This document shows, piece after piece, positions 1 to 9,052 of a stretch of DNA of 55,034 bases. The stretch's first letter is position 1, and the number at the start of each line of letters is the position of its first letter. Both the position numbers and the translations under genes were made by a program. Below the pieces are notes generated by a model, which worked only from the letters and a program-made list of their open reading frames with translations, was not told the DNA's origin and ran no database searches. Source of the DNA: Clostridiaceae bacterium (GTDB lineage: Bacteria > Bacillota > Clostridia > Oscillospirales > Acutalibacteraceae); contig JAEEUW010000001.1 in assembly GCA_016290665.1 (NCBI GenBank), positions 1 through 55,034 of the forward strand. The letters are read 5' to 3'.

Positions 1-105
1 GTGACCGCTGCGGTCACGCCGGTTTTGTCTCTTGGATTTTGTGGGGCAAAATCCGATGCTCGTTATAACTGTGGACAATAGAAGATCTATTCGGCAAACC
101 GGAAT

Positions 106-852
106 TTACCGAGCAGCCAGTTTCAAAAATTTAGTATCGTTCATTTGCTCATTTGTCAAATACTCTCCGTTATAAAACAGCGCATAGGTAGTAATCGGTG
201 TAGGAGCGTTCTGTGCCTGTTCTTTGCTTTCAATATGAATTGCCCTGAACGGGATATTATGCTCTTTGGCAGTCTGTTCCACAATCGGCACATACTTTGC
301 GTTGAACGGGCATTGGCTGGTGTAGAACAGGACATACCCCTCGTCGTTCACATGTGGATGCTTTGCAAAGTCCTTGAACCTTGGCTGTTCTGCATCAGCA
401 GAGAACGGTAAATGCCAGAGTTGGATTCCGTTGTCTGCCTCGTCACACATGGAAAAGCCCTTATATTTCAGAAACTTCGGATCAGCAAGGAATGGCTTTT
501 TCTTTGCAGCACAAAGGATACACAGTCCCTTTTTGCCTTTCTCTTTACTGTCCTCAATGCATGCTCCCAATAGATCATTTGAATATCCGTGTCCCTTGAA
601 CGAACCGGACACCCATAGGCAATCGATATACATATACCCTTCTGCGACAATCGGATTCCATGCGTTCTCAGCCGGTATATATTCGATAAAGCATTTCCCG
701 CGCTCTATGCTTTTCAGAAATACAAGCCCCTCATCAAAACGATCTGCCAGCCATGCTTTCTTCGATGAAACCTGGATATCCATGTTATTGGAGATAGCAC
801 AGCAGATGTGCTCTTTCTCCAAATTATCTTTAGTCACTTTGATATACTCCAT
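106..852 (-). CDS. GNAT-family N-acetyltransferase with YoaP-like C-terminal domain
   Basis: ORF 106..867 trimmed to the ATG at 852 (GGGGGA 6 nt upstream; the listed start is a GTG inside the SD). GNAT acetyl-CoA pocket pattern (LWVSGSFKGHGYSNDLL) plus YoaP-type tail (QCPFNAKYVP...TTYALFYNGEYLT). Visibly AT-richer than its neighbours. Confidence 0.7.
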   Translation of the reverse strand: MEYIKVTKDNLEKEHICCAISNNMDIQVSSKKAWLADRFDEGLVFLKSIERGKCFIEYIPAENAWNPIVAEGYMYIDCLWVSGSFKGHGYSNDLLGACIEDSKEKGKKGLCILCAAKKKPFLADPKFLKYKGFSMCDEADNGIQLWHLPFSADAEQPRFKDFAKHPHVNDEGYVLFYTSQCPFNAKYVPIVEQTAKEHNIPFRAIHIESKEQAQNAPTPITTYALFYNGEYLTNEQMNDTKFLKLAAR

Positions 853-924
853 AAGAAATCCCCCCACAAATCCCGATCTGTTTTAATCATTGTACCATGG
901 CGGACCCGCGTGGTCAATTAACTA

Positions 925-966
925 ACTTTCAAAAGGGAAGGAAGCACTTCCTTACGAAGTGCCTCC
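925..966 (-). terminator. Putative intrinsic terminator after the 985..1434 gene
   Basis: Minus-strand hairpin GGAGGCACTTC-GTAAG-GAAGTGCTTCC (940..966, one G-U pair) followed by TTCCCTTTTG, 19 nt after the stop codon. Confidence 0.5.
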
Positions 967-984
967 CTCAAGGCGGTTCTTTTT

Positions 985-1434
985 TTATTTCAGCGTATAT
1001 CGCATGATCTCAGGATGGCACAGCGTGCCGCGCTTGCCGCAGGTGGTGCAATAGACGGCGATGTTGGGCGCCGTGTCCCAGTCCATCTTTTCCCAGCCGC
1101 AGTGCAGATAATAGGCCGGCTCCTTGGCGCAGGCCCAAAGCTCCTTGATGCCGCGCTTTTTCGCTTCATCGAATACGACCTGCTGCATCACGCGGCCGTA
1201 GCCCGTATGGTGCAGATCGGCCCGCACGGCAATGTCGCCCAGCGAATAGACGCCGTCACGCATTTCCAGCGTGGAGGCAGCCATCAGCGCGCCGGTCTCG
1301 GGGTCGTCCATCCGCCACATGCGGATCACGCGTTCGGGCACACGGTCTTCGATCGCGACGCCCATGCCGCTTTCGTGGAACAGCGTGGAGAGCGCCAAAA
1401 AGTCTTCTGTTTCCCGGATGATATAGTCCGCCAT
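985..1434 (-). CDS. GNAT-family N-acetyltransferase
   Basis: ORF 985..1476 trimmed to ATG 1434 (GAGAGGAA SD). GNAT core pattern (IAVRADLHHTGYGRVMQQVVFDEAKKRG). Confidence 0.7.
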   Translation of the reverse strand: MADYIIRETEDFLALSTLFHESGMGVAIEDRVPERVIRMWRMDDPETGALMAASTLEMRDGVYSLGDIAVRADLHHTGYGRVMQQVVFDEAKKRGIKELWACAKEPAYYLHCGWEKMDWDTAPNIAVYCTTCGKRGTLCHPEIMRYTLK

Positions 1435-1466
1435 GTTCAAATTCCTCTCTGTGTCAAGTCCAAGCG

Positions 1467-1495
1467 ATTGTACCACAAAAGGAGCATGAAGTCAA
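1467..1495 (-). promoter_or_regulatory. SigA-type promoter for the 985..1434 GNAT gene
   Basis: Minus strand reads TTGACT (1495->1490), a 17-nt spacer, then TGgTACAAT (extended -10, hexamer 1472->1467). Confidence 0.6.
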
Positions 1496-1546
1496 TAGAA
1501 AATTTTTCTTCCTCCGGCAAAAGGCGCCCGCACGCAGAAGCGTGTT

Positions 1547-2479
1547 TCAGTCCGCAAACAGTGCCGTGGAGTAGTAGCGGTCGCCGCTGTCGGGCAGCAG
1601 CGCCACAATGGTCTTGCCCTTGTTTTCGGGCTGCTTCGCCAGCGTCAGCGCCGCAAACAGCGCCGCGCCGGAGGAGATACCGACGGAGATGCCTTCCTTT
1701 TTGGCAAGGTATTTTGCCGCCTCAAAGGCGTCCTCGTTGACCACGCGGAAAACCTTGTCATAGACGCCGGTGTTCAGCACATCGGGCACGAAGCCCGCGC
1801 CGATGCCCTGAATCTTATGGGCGCCGCTTCTGCCCTCCGAAAGGACGGGCGAGCTGTCGGGCTCCACGGCGACGACCTGCACCGCCGGGTTCTGCTCCTT
1901 CAGATATTCGCCCGCGCCGGTGACCGTGCCGCCGGTGCCGACGCCCGCGATGAAGAGATCGACCTTGCCGTCGGTGTCGCGCCAGATTTCGGGGCCGGTG
2001 GTCGCCTTGTGGATCGCCGGATTGGCCGGGTTGACGAACTGGCCGGGGATGAAGCTGTCCGGGATCGTTTTTGAAAGCAGCTGCGCCTTTTCAATGGCGC
2101 CCTTCATGCCCTTTGCGCCCTCGGTCAGCACCAGCTCGGCGCCGTAGGCTTTGAGGATATTGCGGCGCTCCACGCTCATGGTCTCGGGCATGGTCAGGAT
2201 GATGCGGTAGCCCTTGGCGGCGGCAATGGCGGCCAGACCGATGCCGGTGTTGCCGCTGGTGGGTTCAATGATGACGGAGCCGGGCTTCAAAAGGCCCTTT
2301 TCCTCCGCATCTTCAATCATCGCCTTGGCGATGCGGTCCTTGACGGAACCGGCGGGGTTGAAGTATTCGAGCTTGACCAGTACGGTCGCTTCGAGCTTTT
2401 GCTCTTTTTCAATGTTGACGATCTCCACCAGCGGGGTGTTGCCGATCAGACCGAGGGTCCCTTTATAAATGTTTGCCAT
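1547..2479 (-). CDS. cysK: Cysteine synthase A (O-acetylserine sulfhydrylase)
   Basis: 310 aa with the PLP-lysine motif GSVKDRIA and the GTGGT loop. Full-length CysK-like sequence; AGGAGG SD. Confidence 0.93.
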   Translation of the reverse strand: MANIYKGTLGLIGNTPLVEIVNIEKEQKLEATVLVKLEYFNPAGSVKDRIAKAMIEDAEEKGLLKPGSVIIEPTSGNTGIGLAAIAAAKGYRIILTMPETMSVERRNILKAYGAELVLTEGAKGMKGAIEKAQLLSKTIPDSFIPGQFVNPANPAIHKATTGPEIWRDTDGKVDLFIAGVGTGGTVTGAGEYLKEQNPAVQVVAVEPDSSPVLSEGRSGAHKIQGIGAGFVPDVLNTGVYDKVFRVVNEDAFEAAKYLAKKEGISVGISSGAALFAALTLAKQPENKGKTIVALLPDSGDRYYSTALFAD

Positions 2480-2502
2480 GATGCATTCCTCCTGTTATGC
2501 TG

Positions 2503-3783
2503 TTATTGAATGGCCGCGAAGCCCGCGGCAAGGTCGGCAAGGATGTCGTCGATATGCTCCGTGCCGACGGAAAGACGGATGGTGTTTTCATAGATGTTCT
2601 GGCTTTCCAGTTCTTCTTTGGAAAGCTGGGAGTGCGTTGTGGACGCCGGATGAATGACGAGACTCTTGACGTCCGCCACGTTGGCCAAAAGGGAAAAGAT
2701 CTGCAGCGCGTCGATGAACTTCCACGCTTCCTCTCTGCCGCCCTTGACGTCAAAGGTGAAGATGGAGCCGCCGCCGTTGGGGAAGTACTTCTCATACAGC
2801 GCATGCTGCGGGTGGTCGGGCAGCGAGGGGTGGTTGACCTTTTCGACCAGCGGATGGTTTGCAAGGAAGTCCACGACCTTTTTCGTGTTCTCCGCGTGGC
2901 GCTCCAGCCGCAGCGAAAGCGTTTCCACGCCCTGCAGCAGCAAAAAGGCGTTGAACGGCGAGATGGCCGCCCCGGTGTCGCGCAGCAGGATCGCGCGGAT
3001 GTAGGTGACGAAGGCCGCCGGGCCGGCCGCCGCGGTGAACGAAACGCCGTGGTAGCTCGGGTTCGGCGCGGCAATGTTCGGATAACGCTCCGGCGACCAC
3101 GGGAACTTGCCGGAATCCACGATGACGCCGCCGAGGGTCGTGCCGTGACCGCCGAGGAATTTGGTGGCGGAATGCACCACGATATCGGCGCCGTGCTCGA
3201 TCGGGCGGATCAGATAGGGCGTGCCGAAGGTGTTGTCAATCACCAGCGGAACGCCTTTGCTGTGGGCAAGGGCCGCCAACGCGTCAATGTCGGGGATGTC
3301 GCTGTTCGGGTTGCCGAGCGTTTCAATGAAGACCGCTTTCGTGTTCTCCCGGAACGCATCCTCCACCGCGCCGAGGTCGTGAATATCGACAAAGGTCGTT
3401 GCAATGTCATATTGCGGCAGCGTGTGGGCGAGCAGGTTGTAGCTGCCGCCGTAGATGGAGCTTTGCGCCACGATATGGCCGCCGGAAGCGGCAAGGGCTT
3501 CCAGCGTATAGCTGATGGCCGCCGCGCCCGACGCGACCGCCAGCGCCGCCACGCCGCCCTCGAGCGCCGCGATGCGCCGTTCCAGCACGTCCTGCGTGGA
3601 GTTGGTCAGCCGGCCGTAGATGTTGCCGGCGTCGGTCAGGCCGAAGCGGGCCGCCGCGTGTTCGGAATTATGGAAAACGTAGCTGGTGGTCTGATAGATC
3701 GGCACCGCACGCGAATCGGTTGCCGGGTCGGCCTGTTCCTGGCCGACGTGCAGCTGCAATGTTTCAAAACGGTAGTTGCTCAT
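2503..3783 (-). CDS. metY: O-acetylhomoserine (thiol)-lyase / sulfhydrylase
   Basis: 426 aa, Cys/Met-metabolism PLP family with the lysine motif HSATKFLGGHG. N-terminus FETLQLHVGQE is typical of MetY/CysD. Confidence 0.9.
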   Translation of the reverse strand: MSNYRFETLQLHVGQEQADPATDSRAVPIYQTTSYVFHNSEHAAARFGLTDAGNIYGRLTNSTQDVLERRIAALEGGVAALAVASGAAAISYTLEALAASGGHIVAQSSIYGGSYNLLAHTLPQYDIATTFVDIHDLGAVEDAFRENTKAVFIETLGNPNSDIPDIDALAALAHSKGVPLVIDNTFGTPYLIRPIEHGADIVVHSATKFLGGHGTTLGGVIVDSGKFPWSPERYPNIAAPNPSYHGVSFTAAAGPAAFVTYIRAILLRDTGAAISPFNAFLLLQGVETLSLRLERHAENTKKVVDFLANHPLVEKVNHPSLPDHPQHALYEKYFPNGGGSIFTFDVKGGREEAWKFIDALQIFSLLANVADVKSLVIHPASTTHSQLSKEELESQNIYENTIRLSVGTEHIDDILADLAAGFAAIQ

Positions 3784-3890
3784 TGTGATACCTCTTTCTT
3801 TTTTTCATTAGATTCTATTCGGTCAGCAGAAAGAGGGACACATTCGGCCGAAGCGGAAGTTCCGGCGCAGCAGACGGACAAAAATCAGTT

Positions 3891-4286
3891 TCATGGGCGG
3901 CTCCTTACATCGGTTTGTTTGCGCTGTTCATAATCCGCCAGCGCGGCGCGGATGGCTTCCTCCGCCAGCACGGAGCAGTGGATCTTGTGGGCGGGCAGAC
4001 CGTCCAGCGCTTCGGTGACCGCCTGATTCGTCAGCTGCAGCGCTTCGGAGATCGGCTTGCCCTTGATCAGCTCCGTTGCCATGGAGCTGGACGCGATCGC
4101 GCTGCCGCAGCCGAAGGTTTCAAAACGAACGTCCACGATGACGTCGTTTTCGATTTTGAGATACATTTTCATGATGTCGCCGCATTTCGCGTTGCCGACC
4201 GTGCCCACGCCGTTGGCGTCTTCCAGCACGCCGAGGTTGCGCGGATTGCGGAAGTGATCCATCACTTTTTCGCTGTAGAGTGCCAT
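3891..4286 (-). CDS. nifU: NifU/IscU-type Fe-S cluster assembly scaffold
   Basis: 131 aa with the three scaffold cysteines (NAKCGD, FGCGSAIASSS, HCSVLAEEA). AAGGAGG SD. Confidence 0.88.
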   Translation of the reverse strand: MALYSEKVMDHFRNPRNLGVLEDANGVGTVGNAKCGDIMKMYLKIENDVIVDVRFETFGCGSAIASSSMATELIKGKPISEALQLTNQAVTEALDGLPAHKIHCSVLAEEAIRAALADYEQRKQTDVRSRP

Positions 4287-4298
4287 GGGGGTTCCTCC

Positions 4299-5483
4299 TT
4301 ACAGGATAAACGGGGTTTTGCCTTCGCACAGGTCGCGCCAGACCGGCGAGAACGACCGCAGGTGCGCGACCACCTCTTTGACGGCGGCAATGATTTCATC
4401 CACCTGCGCTTCGGTGGCGTCTTCGCCCAGCGTGAGCCGCAGCGAGCCGTGCGCCACGTCGTGCACGCGGCCGATGGCCAGCAGCACGTGGCTCGGGTCG
4501 AGCGACCCGGAGGTACAGGCGGAGCCGGACGACGCGCAGATGCCCTTGTCGTCCAAAAGCAGCAGCAGCGATTCGCCCTCAATGCCTTCAAAACAGAAGT
4601 TGACGTTGCCGGGCAGCCGCCTTGCCGCGTCGCCGTTGAGCGCGCTGTGGGGAATTTCACGCAGGCCCCGGATCAGCCGGTCGCGCAAAGCCGTGAGCCG
4701 GTCGGTGGTCTGCTCCATCCCGCAAAGGCTTTCTTCCAGCGCGGCGGCCATGGCAACGACGCCGCCCACGTTTTCCGTTCCCGCGCGCAGACCCCGCTCC
4801 TGGGCGCCGCCCTCGATCAGGCTTTGCAGCCGGACGCCGCGCCTCGCATAGAGAAAGCCGACGCCCTTCGGGCCGTGAAACTTATGCGCCGAGGCGGAAA
4901 GCAGGTCCACGTTGTCTTCTTTGACGTTCACCGGAATATGGCCGACGGCCTGCACCGCGTCGGTGTGGAACAGCACGCCCCTGTCGCGGCAGATCCTGCC
5001 GAGGGCACGGATCGGCTGGATCGTGCCGATCTCGTTGTTGGCGGTCATCACCGTGACCAGACAGGTGTCGTCGCGGATGGCGGCTTCCAGCTCTTCGGGG
5101 CGGACGATGCCGTTTTCGTGCACGGGGAGCCAGGTGACTTCAAAGCCTTCTTTTTCCAGCTTCCGAAGCGTATGCAGCACCGCGTGATGCTCGATCGGGT
5201 CGGAGATGATGTGGCGTTTGCCCTTGGCCGCGCCGAGGTACGCCGCGGAACGGATGGCCTGGTTGTCGGCTTCCGAGCCGCCGGAGGTGAAGAGAATCTC
5301 GCGCGGTTCGGCGCCGATCAGCGAAGCAACGGTCTGCCGGGCGCGTTCCAGCGCTTCCTTTGCCTTCTGTCCCAGCGCATACAGGCTGGACGGATTGCCA
5401 TAGCAGTCCTCCAGATACGGCAGCATGGCTTCGACCGCCGTTTTGCTCATTCTGGTGGTTGCCGCGTTGTCGGCGTAGATCAT
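4299..5483 (-). CDS. nifS: Cysteine desulfurase (NifS type)
   Basis: ORF 4299..5489 trimmed to ATG 5483 (GGGGAGG 6 nt upstream). PLP lysine SAHKFHGPKG and active-site loop SSGSACTSG. Confidence 0.9.
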   Translation of the reverse strand: MIYADNAATTRMSKTAVEAMLPYLEDCYGNPSSLYALGQKAKEALERARQTVASLIGAEPREILFTSGGSEADNQAIRSAAYLGAAKGKRHIISDPIEHHAVLHTLRKLEKEGFEVTWLPVHENGIVRPEELEAAIRDDTCLVTVMTANNEIGTIQPIRALGRICRDRGVLFHTDAVQAVGHIPVNVKEDNVDLLSASAHKFHGPKGVGFLYARRGVRLQSLIEGGAQERGLRAGTENVGGVVAMAAALEESLCGMEQTTDRLTALRDRLIRGLREIPHSALNGDAARRLPGNVNFCFEGIEGESLLLLLDDKGICASSGSACTSGSLDPSHVLLAIGRVHDVAHGSLRLTLGEDATEAQVDEIIAAVKEVVAHLRSFSPVWRDLCEGKTPFIL

Positions 5484-5513
5484 GCGCACCCTCCCCTTCC
5501 GGCTGTTTTTTGC

Positions 5514-5542
5514 ATTATACTACCATTCGCCTACTATGTCAA
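5514..5542 (-). promoter_or_regulatory. Consensus SigA promoter for nifS-nifU-metY-cysK
   Basis: Minus strand reads TTGACA (5542->5537), a 17-nt spacer, then TATAAT (5519->5514), about 30 nt upstream of the nifS ATG. Confidence 0.7.
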
Positions 5543-5586
5543 TAGGTTTTTAAAACTTTTTTCGGCCTTTATTTTTCGCCCGCCTC

Positions 5587-5615
5587 TTGATTGCCTATTT
5601 ACCCTGTGGTATACT
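5587..5615 (+). promoter_or_regulatory. Promoter of the Rrf2 regulator gene
   Basis: TTGATT (5587..5592), a 17-nt spacer, then TGgTATACT (extended -10, hexamer 5610..5615). AAGGAGG SD precedes ATG 5638. Confidence 0.65.
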
Positions 5616-5637
5616 ATGTAAAAAGGAGGCGGACGCC

Positions 5638-6033
5638 ATGATTTCAACCAAGGGGCGCTATGCGCTGCGCGTGATGCTTGACCTGGCCGAGCACGCGGCC
5701 GACGCGCCGGTCCCGCTCAAGGACATTGCCGAACGGCAGGAAATTTCCAAAAAGTATCTGGAAATCATCGTGAAAGACCTGGTCAAGGGCAAACTGATCA
5801 AGGGCGCCAGCGGCAAGGGCGGCGGCTATTCGCTTTGCCGCGCGCCGCAGGAGTATTCCGTGGGCGAGATTATCGAGCTGACGGAGGGGTCGCTTTCGGC
5901 CGTGGCCTGCCTTGCCGCCGACGCGGAGGTCTGCCCGCGCGCCGGCTCCTGCCGGACGCTGCCGCTCTGGCGGGAATATGACAAGATGGTGCACGATTTC
6001 TTCCGGAGCAAAAAGCTGACGGACCTGCTGTAA
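5638..6033 (+). CDS. Rrf2-family transcriptional regulator (IscR/CymR-like, Fe-S ligand cysteines present)
   Basis: ORF 5587..6033 trimmed to ATG 5638. N-terminal wHTH MISTKGRYALRVMLDLA and a Cys triad CLAADAEVCPRAGSC. Divergent from the nifS operon. Confidence 0.88.
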   Translation: MISTKGRYALRVMLDLAEHAADAPVPLKDIAERQEISKKYLEIIVKDLVKGKLIKGASGKGGGYSLCRAPQEYSVGEIIELTEGSLSAVACLAADAEVCPRAGSCRTLPLWREYDKMVHDFFRSKKLTDLL

Positions 6034-6043
6034 TCCCGTATCA

Positions 6044-6099
6044 TAAAAACAAACACCACCCGTGCGGCGCTGCGCCGCGGGCGGTGTTTTTCTTTTTGC
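6044..6099. terminator. Bidirectional intrinsic terminator between the Rrf2 gene and xylB
   Basis: GC-rich hairpin ACACCACCCGTGCGGCG...GCCGCGGGCGGTGT (about 6053..6087), flanked by an A-run upstream and TTTTTCTTTTTG downstream. It lies between convergent genes. Confidence 0.65.
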
Positions 6100-6104
6100 T
6101 GCGT

Positions 6105-7493
6105 TCAGGGCGTCTGCCGGTAAAAGTCTTTCAGCATCGGATAGAGCTGTCTGTATTTCCGGTATTTTTGTTCATAGATCGCCGCCGTTTCGGCGTTCGG
6201 CGTAATCACTGCCTTGATCCGGGGCGCGTGACGGAGGCCGAGCGCAAGCAGGGCGCCGCCGTAGGCCGGGCCCTCGTTGTCGATGACGTGCAGTTCCAGA
6301 TGCAGCACGTCGGCAAGGATCTGCATCCACGCGTCGCTTCTGGTGCCGCCGCCGCAGACCGTGGCTGCGCTGACCGGGGGGCAAAGCGCCAGGCAGTCTT
6401 TGATGGCGAACGAGACGCCCTCGAACACGGCCGTCTGCAGATCCTCGCGCGTCGTGGCGTGCGTCAGCCCGAGGAACGCGCCGCGCACGTCGCCATCGTT
6501 ATGGGGACAGCGTTCGCCCGAAAGATAGGGCATGAAATAGAGCTCGTTCGAGGGGTCGCCGGCTTTGACGTCATAGCCGCTTTGCAGCACGCGCTCGTTG
6601 AGCCATTGGTTGCAGCTTGCGGCGGACAGGATGCAGCCCATCAGGTGCCATTTGCCGTTCGCGTGGCAAAACGAATGCAGGGCCGGGTTATCCGGCTGAA
6701 CAAACGAATCGGTCGGCAAAAAGACCGTGCCGCTCGTGCCCAGCGAGATGTTGCACTGCCCGGCGCGCACCGTGTCGGTGCCGATGGCCGCGGCGGCGTT
6801 GTCGCCCGCGCCGGCCGCCACGTCGGCGCAAAGGCCGAGCGCCGTCGTCCGGCCGATGACGGCTTCGCTTTCATAAACGGCGGGCAGCATGGCTTCCGTA
6901 ATGCCGAGGACGCCGAGCATCTCCTTCGACCAGCAGCGGTGTGCCACGTCAAAGAAGAGCGTGCCCGAGGCGTCGCTGACGTCGGTGGCGAACACGCCGG
7001 TCAGCCTGTAGTTGATATAATCCTTCGGCAGGCAGAGCTTGCTGCACCGCGCAAACAGCGCCGGCTCATTCTCTTTGACCCAAAGAATCTTCGGCGCGGT
7101 GAAGCCGGCAAAGGCGATGTTGCCGGTCAGCGCCTGCAGCCGCTCTTTGCCGATCACGCTGTTGAGCCAGTCGGTCTCTTTGCCGGTTCGCGTGTCGTTC
7201 CAGAGGATCGCCGGGCGCAGCACGCGGTCGTCCTCGTCCAGCATGACGAGGCCGTGCATCTGGCCGCCGACGCCGACGGCCCTGACCGCCGTCTTGTCAA
7301 TATCCGCCGTCAGCTCTTCGATGCCGCTGCAAACGCCGTTCCACCAGTCCTCGGGGTTCTGCTCGCTCCAATGGGGCTTCGGCTGCAGCAGCGGATAGCT
7401 TTTGGAAACGGTGCGCAGAATCACGCCGTTTTCATCTGTCAGAATCAGTTTGACCGCCGACGTGCCGAGGTCGACGCCGATTGCATACTTCAT
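6105..7493 (-). CDS. xylB: FGGY-family carbohydrate kinase, xylulokinase-like
   Basis: 462 aa with N-terminal GVDLGTSAVK and C-terminal VCGGGTRSDAWMQILADV motifs. AAGGGAG SD. Last gene of the array. Confidence 0.75.
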   Translation of the reverse strand: MKYAIGVDLGTSAVKLILTDENGVILRTVSKSYPLLQPKPHWSEQNPEDWWNGVCSGIEELTADIDKTAVRAVGVGGQMHGLVMLDEDDRVLRPAILWNDTRTGKETDWLNSVIGKERLQALTGNIAFAGFTAPKILWVKENEPALFARCSKLCLPKDYINYRLTGVFATDVSDASGTLFFDVAHRCWSKEMLGVLGITEAMLPAVYESEAVIGRTTALGLCADVAAGAGDNAAAAIGTDTVRAGQCNISLGTSGTVFLPTDSFVQPDNPALHSFCHANGKWHLMGCILSAASCNQWLNERVLQSGYDVKAGDPSNELYFMPYLSGERCPHNDGDVRGAFLGLTHATTREDLQTAVFEGVSFAIKDCLALCPPVSAATVCGGGTRSDAWMQILADVLHLELHVIDNEGPAYGGALLALGLRHAPRIKAVITPNAETAAIYEQKYRKYRQLYPMLKDFYRQTP

Positions 7494-7496
7494 GAC

Positions 7497-9029
7497 TCAC
7501 GCTCCCTTTCGGATCGTTTTCTTTTTGGTGTCATTGTCCCACCAGAGCTCCACCGTAACCGGGCGGTCGCTTTCGATCTGCACCGTCGGCTCGTCGTGTT
7601 CGCTTTTGCGCGCGTCGCACAGCAGCGACAGCGTGGCGTCTTTGCCGAACGGATAGCGCTCCACGCCGTGGCGTTCGGTCAGATTGATGTGCCAGCGGAT
7701 CACGTGGTTTTCGGCGTCCGGCTTGATGCCGAAGACGAACTCAAACAGCACGCTGATGGGGGCGAGGCCCGTCCAGCCGACGAAATCGTCCTTGGCCGGG
7801 CTGCCCTTGCACGGCCGGCCCTTGGCGTCCGGGCAGGGCGCATAGTTTTCAAACACCGTGTCGGTGTCGTTGAAGACCGCAACCACGTTGTCGAGGTAGT
7901 TCAGGCCGATCTTGTGTGAAAGGCCGAATTTGCCGTAGCGGTCGAGCCCGCACAGCACCATGTAGTTCGTCGGCGCCCAGACGCCGCCCTTCCAGTAGCC
8001 GCCCGCCGGGTTGAACTCCGGATGGTCGGCGGAAAGCGCGGGCACCATGCAGGGCGTGGCGAATTCACGCTTGTTCGTCAGGTGGGCGATGAAACGCTCG
8101 GCCCGGTCGGCGGGCACGATCTCGGCCAGCAGCGCCCAATAGGCGCCGATGTGCTTGACGTAGTTGAGCTCGCCGTTTTTCCAAAGGTCATAATAGAACG
8201 CCGTCTTGTCATCCCAAAGGATGTCGTTGACCACGGAAATCAGCCGCTCGCGTTCCGCCTGCAGGCCGGCGGCGTCGGCTTCCCGGCCGAGAACCTTGGC
8301 CATATCCATCAGGATCCTGCAGTTCATCAGCTCCTGCATGCAGGCGTCGTTCCAGACCATGTGGCCGTGCGAGAACGATTCGTGATACCCCGCCTGCATC
8401 CGCGGCAGGTTGTCCATGCCGCAGCCCCAGCCGCTGGACCAATAGGTTCCGTCGCGCCAGGTGTGGTTCAGCCGCATCCATTCGTGATAGGCCATCAGGC
8501 ACGGGAAGACCCTGGCCAGGCGGTCGCGGTCGCCGAAGTTTTTGAAGTATTCCCATTCGCACCACGCCATGATGTCGGGGCCGGTGGCGGCGGGGTCAAA
8601 CCGCGTGAAATGATCGCGGCCGGTGTCCTCTTCGATCTCGCGGCAGATGTAGCCGTCGGCGTACTGGTGGGAATAGAAATTGTTGAGCGTGGCCTGAAAG
8701 TCAAAGGACCGTGCGCCGTATTTTCCGAACATCAGGATGAACGAGGAATCCCACATAAAGATGCAGCCGTTGAAGGCGGTGTCGATGAAGTTCGACACGA
8801 AGCCCGCGCCGCTGATCGGCCTGCAAAGGTTGCCGAAGGCCAGCTTCCACGTTTTGTCATAGCAGCGCAGCACGTCGTCATGGCCCTGCCAGACGGGCCG
8901 CGGCAGCCGGTCCTTTTCCGCTTCCCAGGTCGGCAGCGGCGCGTTTTCCGGCGTCATGTTTACAAAGCGGTTTTCTTTGAAAAAGCGGTTTTCAAGAATC
9001 GTGAATCTATCATAAAAGCTCTGATTCAT
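7497..9029 (-). CDS. GH63/GH37-like (alpha/alpha)6-barrel glycoside hydrolase (MGH1-like)
   Basis: ORF 7497..9056 trimmed to ATG 9029 (AAGGAG 9 nt upstream; the listed start is a GTG overlapping the upstream stop). Trehalase/GH63-type patterns (FMWDSSF, YWSSGWGCGMDNLPR). No signal peptide. Confidence 0.6.
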   Translation of the reverse strand: MNQSFYDRFTILENRFFKENRFVNMTPENAPLPTWEAEKDRLPRPVWQGHDDVLRCYDKTWKLAFGNLCRPISGAGFVSNFIDTAFNGCIFMWDSSFILMFGKYGARSFDFQATLNNFYSHQYADGYICREIEEDTGRDHFTRFDPAATGPDIMAWCEWEYFKNFGDRDRLARVFPCLMAYHEWMRLNHTWRDGTYWSSGWGCGMDNLPRMQAGYHESFSHGHMVWNDACMQELMNCRILMDMAKVLGREADAAGLQAERERLISVVNDILWDDKTAFYYDLWKNGELNYVKHIGAYWALLAEIVPADRAERFIAHLTNKREFATPCMVPALSADHPEFNPAGGYWKGGVWAPTNYMVLCGLDRYGKFGLSHKIGLNYLDNVVAVFNDTDTVFENYAPCPDAKGRPCKGSPAKDDFVGWTGLAPISVLFEFVFGIKPDAENHVIRWHINLTERHGVERYPFGKDATLSLLCDARKSEHDEPTVQIESDRPVTVELWWDNDTKKKTIRKGA

Positions 9030-9052
9030 GGTAAAAAGCTCCTTTCCCTCGT

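Noticed and set aside
3784-3890. SAM (S-box) riboswitch or T-box expected upstream of metY
   Set aside because: The 107-nt nifU-metY spacer is too short and lacks the conserved S-box core or a T-box sequence as far as I can see. Only a short palindrome (TTCGGCCGAA) is present. An Rfam scan would settle this.
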